A stretch of 64,000 nt of DNA from Octopus sinensis. Its lineage: Eukaryota. The DNA is taken from NCBI RefSeq assembly GCF_006345805.1, contig NC_043020.1:4526001-4590000 (forward strand). Reading direction: 5' to 3'. Positions 1-12,776 of this stretch are shown one piece after another. The notes under the pieces are model-generated. The model ran no database searches, was not told where the DNA came from, and was given only the letters and a program-made list of their open reading frames with translations. The position numbers and the translations under genes were made by a program. How positions within the stretch are numbered: position 1 is the stretch's first letter; the number at the start of each line of letters is the position of its first letter.

Positions 1-161
1 TTAGTCAACCTAAGTGTATGGTAGAGAAGTAGAATCAAACCTGGAATTGTGGTTGCAAAGGGAGTTTCTCAACTGTGTTGTTATGCCTTTGTGACTGATA
101 CTATTGTTGCTTGCTTGCTGCTGCTGCTGCTACTACTACTACTACTCTTTTACTTGTTTAG

Positions 162-305
162 GATGTTTGGTATGGTAGTTGAACGTCTATATGTCATAGA
201 TCTTCAGAAAGTCTCTGGCAACATTGAAAGGAAGATCTGTGCTTTGGGTGTGACAAAACTTCTCACTGAAGCACCAGTATTTCTGACGACTTATGAATCA
301 CTTTG
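162..305 (+). CDS. CSE1L: Exportin-2 (CSE1L/CAS) internal coding exon (first in window; gene begins upstream)
   Basis: tttag| acceptor at 160-161, |gtaagt donor at 306. Translates MFGMVVERLYVIDLQKVSGNIERKICALGVTKLLTEAPVFLTTYESL(W), matching my recollection of human CSE1L MFGMVLEKIIIPEIQKVSGNVEKKICAVGITKLLTE. Confidence 0.95.
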
Positions 306-675
306 GTAAGTAACATTTACTCATGATGATGTTGATGTGAGGCAGGTTCTGAACCAAAATCTGTAATTTGCCCATGTTGACCATTGTTCTTTTGTTGTCA
401 TTGTCCTTCTCTTTGTCACCAAAAATGAGTTACGGTATTTCTACTAAGTCTCTTTGTCCTGAGGTTAACTTTACTATTAACTACTAGGAAGGTGGGGATC
501 AACAGTCAGATGTCTCACCTCAAAATTTGTGTAATGAATCATTATATAAGTACCAGTCATGTATTGGGCTGATGGTATCAACTAACCCCCTCCTCTCAAA
601 ATGACTAGCCTTCTGCCTAAACTCAAAACAATTATTACTGCTGTTGCTGCCGCCGCCGCCACCACCACTACTACT

Positions 676-885
676 AAGGCAGTAAGCCAGCAGAATTGTT
701 AGCATGCAGGGTAAAATGCTTAGCTGTATTTCATCTGTTTTCACATTCTGAGTTCAAATTCTGCCAAGATTGACTTTGCCTTTCACCCTTTTGGGGTTAA
801 TAGAGTGCCAGTTAAATACTGGGGTCGAAGTAATCAACTATCCCACTCTCCACAAATTTTAGGCCTTATGCCTTTAGTAGAAAGG
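676..885 (+). mobile_element. tRNA-derived SINE, family A (Meta/Sauria-like core), diverged copy
   Basis: ctgagttcaaattctgcc B-box, gactttgcctttcacccttttgggg core, ends tagtagaaagg+(att)n. Related copies near 445-620(-), 1226-1316, 3489-3685, 3715-3945, 13230-13420(-), 31640-31830(-), 41160-41370, 42400-42540(-), 51910-52105(-). Confidence 0.75.
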
Positions 886-1316
886 ATTATTTTTATTACT
901 GCTACTTTGACACACAGTGTAGATGCAAAATGCAATTTTTTCCTTTTAGGCTGTAACTATTTGAATGGGGAATTTGTTAACTTTGGCTTGTCTTAGATAA
1001 GGATAAACTATTTATTATTGTTACTAAATTTTCTACTGCGACCTTCACATTCCAAGACTACCATTAGGTACTGGACAAGAATTCAAGATTATTTTTACAT
1101 TTTTCTTTTACTTAATTTTTTAGGGCGGTCAGGCTCATTTTTAGTATTCTAGTTTGTGAGAGCAGTCGAGTTTATTTCAGATATTTTCATTTTTAAAATC
1201 ATCTTTGGCTAATCGTTGTGAGTACCAGTTGAGTGCTGGGATCAATATAATCGACTATCCCCCTCCCCCAAATTTCAGGTCTTGTGCCTATAGTAGAAAG
1301 GATTATTATTATTATT

Positions 1317-3451
1317 GCCTTTGCACAGCTTCTAATGCTGGAGATGTACTACGGTGTCAGCTCTTCACTTCACTACCAGTGAATTAAGGTAACACCTCTT
1401 ATTTTTCGAGCACCTTCCAGAGTATTCGAGTGGTTCCAAGCAGTGCTGTTTTCTGCAAGTGCTTCACCCTTATTGCAGCCCGTATTTGTTCCACATACTT
1501 CTTGAGATTTTTGGTCACTGTTCCCAGGTCTCTGACAATTATTGGTACCACTGCTACCTTTTTCATCGACCACAACTGCTTAACTTCCCAAGCTAACCTG
1601 TCATATCTCTTGACTTTTCTTTCTTCCTTATCGCACACCTTGTTGTCAGCTGGGCATGGTATATCTATGATCCAGCATAGTTTGCTTTCTTTATTAATTA
1701 AGACTACGTCTGGCTTCCTATTCTCTGTCTCATGGTCGCACTGAATCATAAAATCCCATAGGATCTTTGCATTTCCATTTTCGACGATGCCTTTAGGCTT
1801 GTGGTCATACCAATTTTTTGCTCTGTCAAGTCCATACTTGTAGCAAACTGTCCAATGGACAAGCCTGGCTATATTGTCATGGCATCTCTTATATTCCTTC
1901 AGGGTTAGTGGCATACATTGGCTGGTAATATGCCATACGGTTTCACTGTTTTGTCCACAGATTCTGCACTTATCACTTTCTGCTGTGTTGTCTATTCTGT
2001 ATTTTATGTAGTTTGTTCTTAGTGCTTGCTCTTGGGCAGCACTGATTAGAGCCTCCATTTCTGGTTTTAAATCACTTTTAGTCATCCACAGCCATCTTTT
2101 TTCTCTGTCTTTCTTATCTTCAACATCCCTATGAAATTGACCATGCATTCTTTTCTTTACCCACCTATTTTTAATTTCATTCGTTTTTAATTTCTTGTAT
2201 TGTACTTTGCAATCTTTCATCCTACCCAAGCCTGACCTTCCTACTTCTAATAATAGCGGTTCTGTGGCATTATTTACATACCATGCTATGTTGTTTTCTT
2301 CTGCTCTAATGCTGTGTTCACATCCAATAAATCCTCTTCCTCCTCTTTTTCTTGGTACTTACAGTCTGTCTGTGTCACTTTTTTGTGTAGAGTGACCCAT
2401 ATCTAGTTAGCAACTTCCTTGTCTTTTTGTCAAAGCTGTCTAGTTCGTCTACTGTCCATGCGATTACTCCTGCTCCATATCTAAGGAGTGAAACTGCCCA
2501 GGTGTTGATAGCTTCGATCTTATTCCGCCTGTTTAATTTCAACTTAAGGATCAGTCTCAGTCTGCGCAAGTACTCCACCTTAAATTTTTCTGTCATTTCT
2601 TTGTCCATCAATTTATCCATTTCCATAATCCCCAAGTACTTATAGCCTGTCTGCTTCATAACCTCCCCCAACGGTATCGCACTGATATCAGCACTGAAAG
2701 TAGACACTGTATCAACGAGGGAACTGACTTGGGCTTCATCTTTACCATAAAGTTTGAGGTCATCCATGAATAACAAATGGTTGACTTTTTGTTGGCGGCT
2801 TTTGAATACATACCCAACTTTTGCTTTCCTCAGAATCAGTGTTAGTGGTATCAAGCACAGTACAAAGATCAGTGGAGACAGGCAGTCCCCATGGAAGATA
2901 CCCCTCCTAATTTCTACTGTCCCTAAACTTCTTCCGTATGCTGTCAGGTCCGTCCTCCAATTCGCCATACTTTTTCCAAGTAATCACTCAACATTTGCTG
3001 CAATACCAAATAGATTCATACATTCCATTATCCAAGAGTGTGGGGGCATATCGTACACCTTAAGATAGTTAACCCATGACATGGCTAAGTTACTTTTCCT
3101 CCTTTTGCAGTCTCTTAAGTACAGTTTTGTCTACCAAGAGTTGATCCTTGGTACCTCTACACTTATGCTTGCAACCCTTCTGCTTGTGTGGCAGGACTCC
3201 ATTTTTCCCCAGATGTTCGTACATTGACTCTGCGAGTATTCCAGTCAATAACTTCCACATAAGTGGCAAACATGATATCAGCCTGTAATTGTCTACCGTA
3301 TTGTCTTTCTCGAGGTTTTTCAGGCACAGCCCTGTCCTACCCCATGTAAACCACTCCGGCTTTACTTGTTTGGCATTTAATAAGGTGTTGAGTTGCGCAG
3401 CTATTCGTGCATGACATTCATAAAATCTTTTGATCCTGTAGCTTTGAATGC

Positions 3452-3452
<1 letters not shown>
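1317..3452 (-). mobile_element. 5'-truncated R4/Dong-clade non-LTR retrotransposon (RT + CCHC + restriction-like endonuclease), frameshifted
   Basis: RT motifs NYRLISCLPLMWKLLT, GIFHGDCLSPLIF, HLLFMDDLKLY; CRICGQNSETVWHITSQC knuckle, RCHD, KILWDF..RKPDVV..IIDIPCP..K RLE motifs; (ATT)n on both sides. Confidence 0.92.
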
Positions 3453-3488
<36 letters not shown>

Positions 3489-3976
3489 GCAAATTGGCAG
3501 AATTATTGACACCTCAGGCAAAATGCTTAGAAGTATTTTGTCCATCTATATGTTCTGAGTTCAAATTCCGTTGATATTGCCCTTTCATCCCTTTTGGGTT
3601 TGATAAAATAAGTACCAGCAAAGTACTGGGGTAATCAACTATCCCCCTCCACCGAAATTGCTGCCTTGTGCCAAAATTTGAAACTATTACTACTACTATT
3701 GTTGTTGTTGTTAAGGGCAGTCAGTTGGAAGACTCATTAGAGTCTTGGTCAAAATGCCTTGTGTTTCTTCCTACTCTTTGTGTTTTGTCTTCAGATTCCA
3801 TGAGGTCAACGTTTCTCTTTTCCTTTCATCATTCTGCGCTATGTATAACAAAATACATTATCAGTCAAAAAACTGGGGTCAAATTTAATCAAATGCCCCC
3901 ACCCCCACTTGAAATTACTGACCTTGTATCTAGATTAGAAATTATTATTAATACTTCAATTATTGTTGTTATGTAG

Positions 3977-4074
3977 GGCCAGTCTACTTCAAGCACTGTT
4001 GAGTTTATTTGAATTGCCAGAAGATGAGTCCATTCCAGAAGATGAACATTTCATTGAAATTGATGATACACCTG
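3977..4074 (+). CDS. CSE1L: CSE1L coding exon
   Basis: atgtag| acceptor, |gtaact donor, phase-compatible with both neighbours. ASLLQALLSLFELPEDESIPEDEHFIEIDDTP(G) vs CSE1L PLLQSLIGLFELPEDDTIPDEEHFIDIEDTPG. Confidence 0.95.
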
Positions 4075-4818
4075 GTAACTTTTTTATTTTTTTTTATTTT
4101 ATCCATTGTTTCTAACCACGGACTGGATACTTCTTCCCTCTTCACCTTGTGCTGTCTGTCAAGTGGAATAAGTGCTTATGTGTTGGCAATAAAAGATCTC
4201 TCCCTGTATGCAAAACCGTATACTGAATGAAGAAGTGTGATCTTTCATGCACTGCAGTGAAACATAGTTGTTGTGTGTGGAGAACTTAGGGTAGCTTGAG
4301 GGATGCCTAAATGTTAGACATGTATGAAAGATGTAGCAGACAATTGAACTGCAAGAGAATGCATGATTGAGTATTAAAGGTATTGGCTGATGTTTGTAGA
4401 AGAGATGAGTGTGTTGGTGTGACCTGTTAGTAGAAATGTTAGCCTAACTGCAAAGTGAATGCAAATAAGGTAGATGAGTGATTAGATGATTTAAGTGAGT
4501 TTTACCATTGACCCCTTTTAATATGCTTATCCTTATGTGTATATATATTGTATATATAAAATTTTGAATTTAATTCATGGACCTTCAATACTACCTTTGG
4601 GAACCACTGGATTAGATGTTGTACGTACAACAGATGGTGTATGTACTGGAGAACTGTAATGATTAGTTGAATGTATAAATGTTAAGCTGAAAGACAGATT
4701 GGTCATGCAAGTGAATTGTGAGATCAGCTGAATATTAAAGACGTCCTCTGATATATTTTGTAGTGATGACTATGATGATATGGATATATGGTGTGAAGGA
4801 ATGAGTGCTGAGTATTAA

Positions 4819-6019
4819 CCCTTTTGTTACCAACTCACTGGTAGACCCCAAAAATGATTTTGCTTAATGTTACCAAACTACCCATAGCCACCCAAAATGA
4901 CCTATTCATATTTAAGTAAGAATTTCAGTGCAAATCTCATTTGTACATTTGTGAAAACATGTGGTTTTTACTATGTAAACAATTAAATTACAGATTTTTT
5001 TTCTTCCAAATTTTTTACATTTCAATTTTCTGAAATTTTTCATTATGGACAAAAATTGGATACCAGTTTTATGTTGTCTAGCAGTGAGTTTGAATTTGAA
5101 GGATTTTCAAAAGAAGACAGAAAAACCTAGCAAAGTATATGGCATACATAAAAATATGTATGATTATAAATTGAGTATTTCCGAAAGTGAAACAATTCTG
5201 ACAAAAGTTCCAGTGCCAAAAAAAAAATGTATTTCTGCCTGAATTTAGTAAGATTTAAAAAAATTTTCTCATAGTTATTTTTAGGAAGATATTAGATCTA
5301 GCCAATCTTTTCAAAGAAACAGAACTGTTGGATTGCTTTTTGTTAATTCTCCTTTGAAGTGATTGTTATGCAGAACATAAAAATAGTTTGAGGTTTCCTA
5401 TGTGCTTGGAAGAAATCCATGCATTTTTGGGAATATTGTGTGTATGTGTATATACATACATTTGTGTGTAGGTATTTAAAAAAAAAATTACCTAGTTCTT
5501 TTTTATTTATCTGTAAGATGTGTTACAAATTTTGATCAATTTGTATTGTGAATCATTATTATATTTGTTTCTATGTATTTATATATGCATGTGAGTTTAT
5601 TTTATTTACTTGATGGCATGAATTTCATTTCCAAGTTTTCTTCAAAAGATAAATTCTAGTATTGTGTTCTGTTTTACCTTTTTGTGTACCTGTCATAAGT
5701 GAATTTTGTTCAACTGATAGTTAGTCCAATAATTTGCACAATTTTCTTCTTTTATTAAAATTTTGTTGTATAACTTATTGAATATCAGCAAAAAATTCAT
5801 TTTCTATGCTAATATTTAAACAAAAGTTAATGATTTTATATTTTGTTGAATTTATCTGTAATTAAATTTGCTTTGAGACAAAAATAATGCAATAGACCTT
5901 TTGTTAAATTGTGCTCCAAAATTCACATTATTATGTTAATAAATGTAAAAGCGTTGTTTTATAATTGAAACTCATAGGGGAATGGGGTTATTTTGGTTAT
6001 AAATATAGTAAAAGAAGGG
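4819..6019. mobile_element. Non-autonomous piggyBac-like element
   Basis: TTAA at 4815-4818 and 6020-6023; imperfect TIRs CCCTTTTGTTACCA / TAGTAAAAGAAGGG; AT-rich non-coding interior. Confidence 0.6.
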
Positions 6020-6509
6020 TTAAAAACAACAATTGGTGTATGTAGATGTGACTGATGTTATGGTCATGTGATATGAATGGAAAGTGGACTGTTGAACGAG
6101 AAAGTGCTATGGTGAGAACCACTGAGAAAATTGTTGCATGGCACAAGAACATCAATTGAAGACATATGGAGGAGGTGTGATAAGTTGGGATCTCAGGATG
6201 TTCTGACCTCACTGTTGAGATGATGAAAATACAAGCAGTGATATGTGTAAGACATGCCAACATGGAGAAATGACTGTTAAAATAACCAAAAGGAGCGTGG
6301 AGATGTTAAATGAAATATTGAAAAATTATCTGAGGAAATCACTGGTACCAGTGATGCTCTGCATCAATGCCCGCATGACATCTAATGGTCAAATTGCCCA
6401 GTCTTTGTAGTTGTAAAGAAGCAACATAGGTTGGTGTAGTTCACAGATAGCTGTAGATTATAGGTGCAATTGCCTCCTGTTGTATTAGAAGATACAATTA
6501 GGCCTCATT

Positions 6510-6792
6510 AGAAGCAATGACCAAAACCTTCAGCATTATGTCGTGCTTGAGAAAACGCATCAAGCTGAACAAAATTGCAATCATGACAGATATCAGTGCC
6601 ATGCAAATGACACCTGTGCCGGTGGCATGCAAAAGCACCCATTACACTCTCGGAGTGGTTGGCATTAGGAAAGGTATGCAGCTGTAGAAAACCATGCCAC
6701 ATCAGACTAAAGTCTGGTGCAGCATGTCAGCTCAGTCAATCTTTCCAACCCATGCAATGCATGGACAACAGACATTAAGTGATGATGAGGAT
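6510..6792 (+). mobile_element. RTE-type 3' end/SINE tail fragment
   Basis: cacctgtgccggtggc..aaaagcacccattacactctcggagtggttggcattaggaagg..ccaacccatgc..gatgatgag, same as the RTE 3' UTR at 18410-18590. Confidence 0.7.
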
Positions 6793-8129
6793 GAATCTCA
6801 GAGCTGTTTGTATAATGCTAATATCTATAATCATTTCACTTGTTCATGTAAAGGAAAAAGAAATGGATCTCTGTCAGGTTCAACTCTTGGTTAGAGGAGA
6901 TAGGACAGCAACCACAACCCTTTTAAGGGCTCCTATAACTTGTGGGAGGAAGTCTTCTTCAAACTAGAGACATGGCCCAAAACTTGTAGTAGGCTGAACT
7001 CTGCTAAAGGCACCGAAGGACTAGATTGTTGGACTGCAGATTGTCTTGGAACAATCTCATTGAAAAAATCTACAATTATCATCTACCAATTTTCAACCCA
7101 ATGATGTAAAAGACACTTGTCCATGATGCTACGGCAGTTTTCGGTTTTATTCCACCTTAAGATTTCTCTTAGGTTATATTATTTTATTTGGCTTTTCTCT
7201 GAGTAAGGGAGAATATAATGATTCAACGTCACTTATACTAAAGTGTTATCATTATACCTAAAACCCTAACTACAGTTATAACGTCATAGAGATATATACG
7301 CATGAAATGCTATATTCATGACATGTATGTATAATATTTTCTTCGTGTCCTTTTAAACCACTATAAGAAACATAAATTAAAGATTACAGAAATGCATATT
7401 TATTTATGCTCAGTTGAAAAACAAACGTGAAGAGAAACATTTTCTTTTAATTAGTTTTTATTATATAAATATAACATTTTATATTATTTACAGTAGGAAA
7501 GAACTTTGTCGTGAAGAAGATCGACTATAAATTCATTAACTAATTTCTTCTTTTCTAACTAATAATTTAACCTACAAATCAAAATAGATTTGTGATTAAC
7601 TCTAGACATGGCATGAAAATTACCGATGTCTCAAAAGAGTGTGTCATGGAGTTAAGTGACATCCAAACAACACTAAAGTTTTTTCCCCAAATCCAGGGTT
7701 TTTATAACTGCTCAACTTGACTAAAAAGAATCGAAATTCAGGACAAATATTCTTTACGAAACTTTTAGAATCTTTATATGAGCAGTTATATTATTTAATG
7801 GGAAAAAACGAAAATGATAATTCTTCGGCAAAGACATGTCATATTGCGAATTCGCGCCACATTTCAAAATGGCTAAAATGGTTATTGCTACAATGCCATG
7901 GGATTGAAGCCAAGGCCAAGCAAAATGTGTAAAGCTGCTGTGTAAAAGAAAGAGTGTAACTGTTGAAGTTGCATGAATATGTTGGTAGTCCATCAGTGTC
8001 TGTGTTCTCACCAATGAGAGCACATGTGACTCTGCATTCTAGAGCTGGAAACACATGCGCACCGACAAGTGTCACAACAATAATCTGTTGTCTGGATTGA
8101 GCCAGATGCTGTCCTGTGATGTTTGTGTT

Positions 8130-9130
8130 TTGCAGCAGCAACATGGTGGTGGTGGTCCTCTTTGCAGACAGTTGCTGCTGCATCTGAGGTGAGAGATGTC
8201 TATGTTGATCTGTCTGTGGCTGAAGCTTCAAGTTCGTATGAACTAATGCTGCTCCATTTGCGGTTGCTTTCTAGGATGTCCTTGTACCTCAGTTTAAGCC
8301 ATCCCTGTTTGTGTGACCCCTGCTTGCCAATATAACAGCTGTCAGCCATTCTGATGATATGGCCAGTCCAGCATAGCTGAACCTTCAGCAGCATTGACCC
8401 AATGCTTTTTCAATCAGCTCTGTCAAGCACTTTTTGGTTTGTCACTCTGTTCTGCCAGTAAATGTCCATGATACTGTGCACTACCCTTGTATGAAACTGC
8501 TTGATGTGCAGGCAGTATAGGGTCTATGTTTCACACCCATAGAGTAGTGTAGAGATGACTACAGCCTTGTAGACTGAGCTTTGTTGTCAGTCTGATGTCT
8601 TTTTGCTGGAGGTCTTTCACTTTCAATCTTCCAAGTGATTGGCTGGCCCTGCAGATTCCATATGAGATTTCGCCGTCCAATGATCCATCAGCTAAGATTG
8701 TGCTGCCAAGGTACTTGAAGCTCTCCACACACTTAAGCAGAGCCCCACCAGTAGTGGTGTATGGCTGTAGGTGAATTGTATTTGAGGCTGCTTGAACTAA
8801 GACCTCCATTTTCTCAAGGCTAATAGTCAGTTCAAAGAGCCTTGAAGCTTGTACAAATGGTTGACAATGGTCTGCTGGTGATTTTCCTTGTGTACTATGA
8901 GGGCACTGTCATCTGCAAATAGGGCTTCAGTGATGAGCTTTCCCACCATCTTGGTTTGACCAGAGAGTTGGCAGAGGTCAAAAACAGAGCTATTTGAACA
9001 ATATTTGACGTATATGTCCAAATCTAGGTCTTCCACTATGTAAACCTACATAAAGAAAAAGTTGAATAAGATGGGGCAAGTACATAGCCCTTTTTCACGC
9101 CATTGGGAATGTTGAAGGAGTTCAACATTG
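8130..9130 (-). mobile_element. RTE/BovB-like LINE RT fragment, degraded
   Basis: ITEALFADDSAL, LKCVESFKYLGSTI..DGSLDGEI, QLCWTGHIIRMADS across broken ORFs. Confidence 0.85.
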
Positions 9131-9788
9131 CAGAGAATTTGACTGTTAAACATCTGTAAGAGTTTTAAGTAGAACTGCTAAAGCCAAACCCCATAGTTGT
9201 TCTGGTACATAATGCTTTGTTGAGTATCTGGGTAGAAGGGACATATATATATATCTATAATTAATTCCAAAGCAATGCTAGGTTTTAAATATATATTTTG
9301 AAAGACCCACATTTTTTATTTTTATTTATTTTTTTTTTATTAGTAGAGTTAGGCAAACTCATGTGGTTAAGGAATTCACTTTGTAATCATATGGTCTTGG
9401 GTTCACTTCCACTGTGCAGAACCTTGAGCAAAACATCTACTGTAGCTTCTAATTGAACAATATCTTTGTAGTATCTCTGTGTTTCTCACTGATAGTGGGG
9501 CTATGAGAATTGAAGGAGGAGATGTAAGCTGCCATATCGAATAAAATTGGTTTTTAATTTTGTAGTAAAGAAAAAAGTTTATGGATTCAGAGTATATTTT
9601 GTCTTTTCATTTATACAGGGTAGTGTGAGAGCCAAATGTTTTTGTTTTTGTGAAAATGGGTTAATGACATAATAAACATTGCTTGAGAAAAGCCCTCCAA
9701 CCTAAATCAGTATGGAAAAGTGAGTGTAAGACAATGATCTCAAGTCTGTTGATTGTTTCAAAACATAATTTCTCTATTTGCATTGCAG

Positions 9789-9922
9789 GTTACCAAATTG
9801 CCTATTCACAGTTGGCTTTTGCTGGTAGAAAGGAACATGACCCTATTGGGAACTTAGTTCCAGACTTAAAGATTAACTTAGCCAAATGTCTTGGAAAGTT
9901 GTCTGAACAGAACCCTGGGAGA
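9789..9922 (+). CDS. CSE1L: CSE1L coding exon
   Basis: ttgcag| acceptor, |gtaagt donor. (G)YQIAYSQLAFAGRKEHDPIGNLVPDLKINLAKCLGKLSEQNPGR vs CSE1L GYQTAFSQLAFAGKKEHDPVG...ACPGR. Confidence 0.95.
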
Positions 9923-10139
9923 GTAAGTATGACACATTGTTCAATTGATTTACTTTTCTAAATATTTCAGCCTACAGCACTACTGTAGGCTTTAGTGATA
10001 TTGCTACTTGTTTGAACAGGTTTTACCTGGCCTGAGTTAGCTGTTACACTCTCTAGCTGTAAAAATGCATCCAAATCACATAAACCCTTGTTAAAGAGTT
10101 AAAACTTAGATAAGATTCTCGACTCCGCTAGATCTGTTT

Positions 10140-10850
10140 ACATTCAACATCATTTGTATTATAAATGGTGAAGCTTAGACACAAATGACACTTGCTTTGC
10201 AAGTCATACACCATCCATTTCTGACCTGATTGATATCACATGCCAAACCAAAACTGATAAAATCCATGGTCACTGACCTTAAAAGTATCTTCGAATTTGC
10301 CAATTTTGTTTCTTTCGACCACAAGAAAACATAATCACACTATACCTTCCTTTAATCATGAGCAGCACTGAGCTGGAATCCTCAAAATCAGTCCAGTTGT
10401 TGGGTTTCATCATCACTGAAGATTTCTCCTGGAGAAGCACATCTTTAACATAGCTGGAGTCATGTTCCAATTTCTGCCACATGTCTTTAGGGCTAGAAAA
10501 TATGTCAGTTCCCCTCCACTCACAACAGTTATCAACACTGTACAAAACTCAAGTGAGTATAGCTCCCACATCTGTGATGCTGTTGGTGTTGATGCACACT
10601 TTGACAGCCTAGACAACATTTTCAATTTCCAGCCCTCATTGTTTTGTTTTTCTTTTCCTAAAGTTTTAATCGGATGGCTTGGCATATGTGAAGCAGTTTT
10701 GCAATTTTAGCATGTATTCAAGATATTTCGTGGGATTTAGTGTGCGTGACATCCTATTAAAATGTGCACCTTTTGTTTTAGAAAGTACTTCTTACACAAT
10801 ATTTGGTATGTAGGAGTTGTGGATAGTCTTTTCAGTGTATCTGGTGGTGT
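10140..10850 (+). mobile_element. CR1/L2-group LINE 3' RT fragment, degraded
   Basis: LESSKSVQLLGFIITEDFSW..HI..FRARKY..LYKTQV..EYSSHI motifs on +. Confidence 0.65.
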
Positions 10851-11762
10851 TGGTCAACTCCTGACCATCACCAGCAAATGTTACTTTCAGGTTCAAAATG
10901 TTCATGCAGGCCACATTTTTTTTTTTTTTCAATTTAAATTTTTTTTTTATAGGGAAATATTGGTCACATAAAAGCCAGGGATGTGAAGTTATTTTTTTAG
11001 AGTTGGTAAAAATGTACTAATTCTGACTAAAAGTAAATTGTAATATAATTGATTAAAATTACTAATTTTACAAATCTCTAATTGATTATTTTCTGTGCTG
11101 AAAATAACCAAATTAAATCTAAGGTCTTCAATGGAGAGAGATTTGGCAGAAGTAATTCGGTTTCTAAAAACAAAATATCTTTAGATTCAACCTTGTTCTA
11201 CTTCATTCATTTTAGTTTTATATTCAAACAATGTTTTAACCTCAAATTTGAAGCATTATTTAATTGAGAGTTTATTTTGTTTTGAATGATTTAACTTGTG
11301 CAAGTTTTAACTTTGATAATTTTTTCCAACTTGTAAACAATGGTGTTTTGGAGTTTCTTTTTTAGTATTTTTTTTACTTAAACCCTTTTATTTTTTTCTT
11401 TTGATAAGAACAGCCCCTCCCCTCCCTTTTTAAAAAATGTTTTGTAAGTTTTGTCTTCTGCTTAACTGTTTGTAACTTCTTTAATAAATAATATTAACCC
11501 TTAAATTCCTGTAGTGTTTATCATCATCACCATCAATTAATGTCTATTTTCCATGCTGGCTGGATCCAGATAAACGACAGGGCTGCATTGTGCTCCAGTT
11601 ACTGGATACCCTTCCTAATGCCAACCACTTTACATTGCTCTCTCTCTCTCTTTCTCATTGTAAATCTTCCAATCCTTTTAGAAACTAGAGATACTAGCTT
11701 TTGGCTAGTATAAAAATTTATAAAAATGTGATTATTACATGAATTTGGAAGAAATTTGTTAA

Positions 11763-12776
11763 TCATACTATAATGGTTATTATGTCCGTCCGTCTGTCTG
11801 TCTGAACCTTCTTCACGGTGAAACGGCTGGACCAATGGTTACAATGTTTTTTGAAATTACCAAGAAGGTAATTAGGTAGATTTTTAACGAAAATAATTTG
11901 AAAAAGTATGATTATTTTGTATCTATTGAGGGTAATTGTTCAGTTTACGGCGTACAAAAAGTAAATCAGAATTACAGGCATAAAAAAAATAAATAAAAAT
12001 TGAAGGGAGATAACTTCTAATAAAAGAAGCAAAGGAATGTAAATGAACTTACTTTTCCACTGAATTACACAATATAAGAAAGTTTTAGTTTAGGATAGCT
12101 TTATCAATGAATGATTGTGATGGCTTTGGCTCAACCACGCTATTATGACCTGGAAACGGAAATCAGGAATTGGTAGGGCTAACAGGAAAGCAGCTGCTAT
12201 AAAACAAGAGGGAATCTAACATTGAATACAGACAAGCCCAACAGAATAAGGATACAGGAACTCATAGAATTCACTGTGATACAGAAGTCAGAGTGTCGGA
12301 ACAGAACAGGGATATGATGCTAGCTTGCCAAATAACACAGAGAAATCCTCAAGTGAGAGCTTCAGAACAAAGCTGGGACACTTTAGCTCACCAAGTAACA
12401 CGCAAAAATGCTGAAGCGAGTGCTTCAGAACAGATAATAAACATTCTAGCTCACTGAAAATCAAGACAATTGCAGTTTTCTATAAAACTGGTATTCTCAT
12501 TCAAAGTAAACAAGGCACAGGTCCAGCTTTAGATTGCATAAGTGTATTTCTACCCACTCTGATATTTACACACGGCCAGTTACACGTCGCTATGAGTAGA
12601 GCAATGAACTCAAGTAATTTGAAAATTAGTGTCGACCATACACAAAATATTGTCTACAAAGAAGTTTTGTAACCATATTGATATTAAAATTCATTTACAC
12701 ATTTTTCAATACATACTGCTGTTATGACTTCCCTCCCTCAATTTCTGCTTCCATCATAGATGGGTAGATTTGCTAG
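11763..12776 (+). mobile_element. Internally deleted Helitron retaining both termini and the PIF1-helicase C-terminus
   Basis: A|TC 5' end with gtcc/gtct repeats; 12470-12672 encodes (frameshifted) QFSIKLVFSF..NKAQG..IFTHGQLHVAMSR..TQNIVYKEVL*; 3' hairpin ccatc-ata-gatgg then CTAG|T. Confidence 0.88.

Noticed and set aside
49-161. Poly-Leu N-terminus of ORF 49..309 as a signal peptide
   Set aside because: Intronic (CTG)n/(CTA)n microsatellite upstream of the CSE1L acceptor
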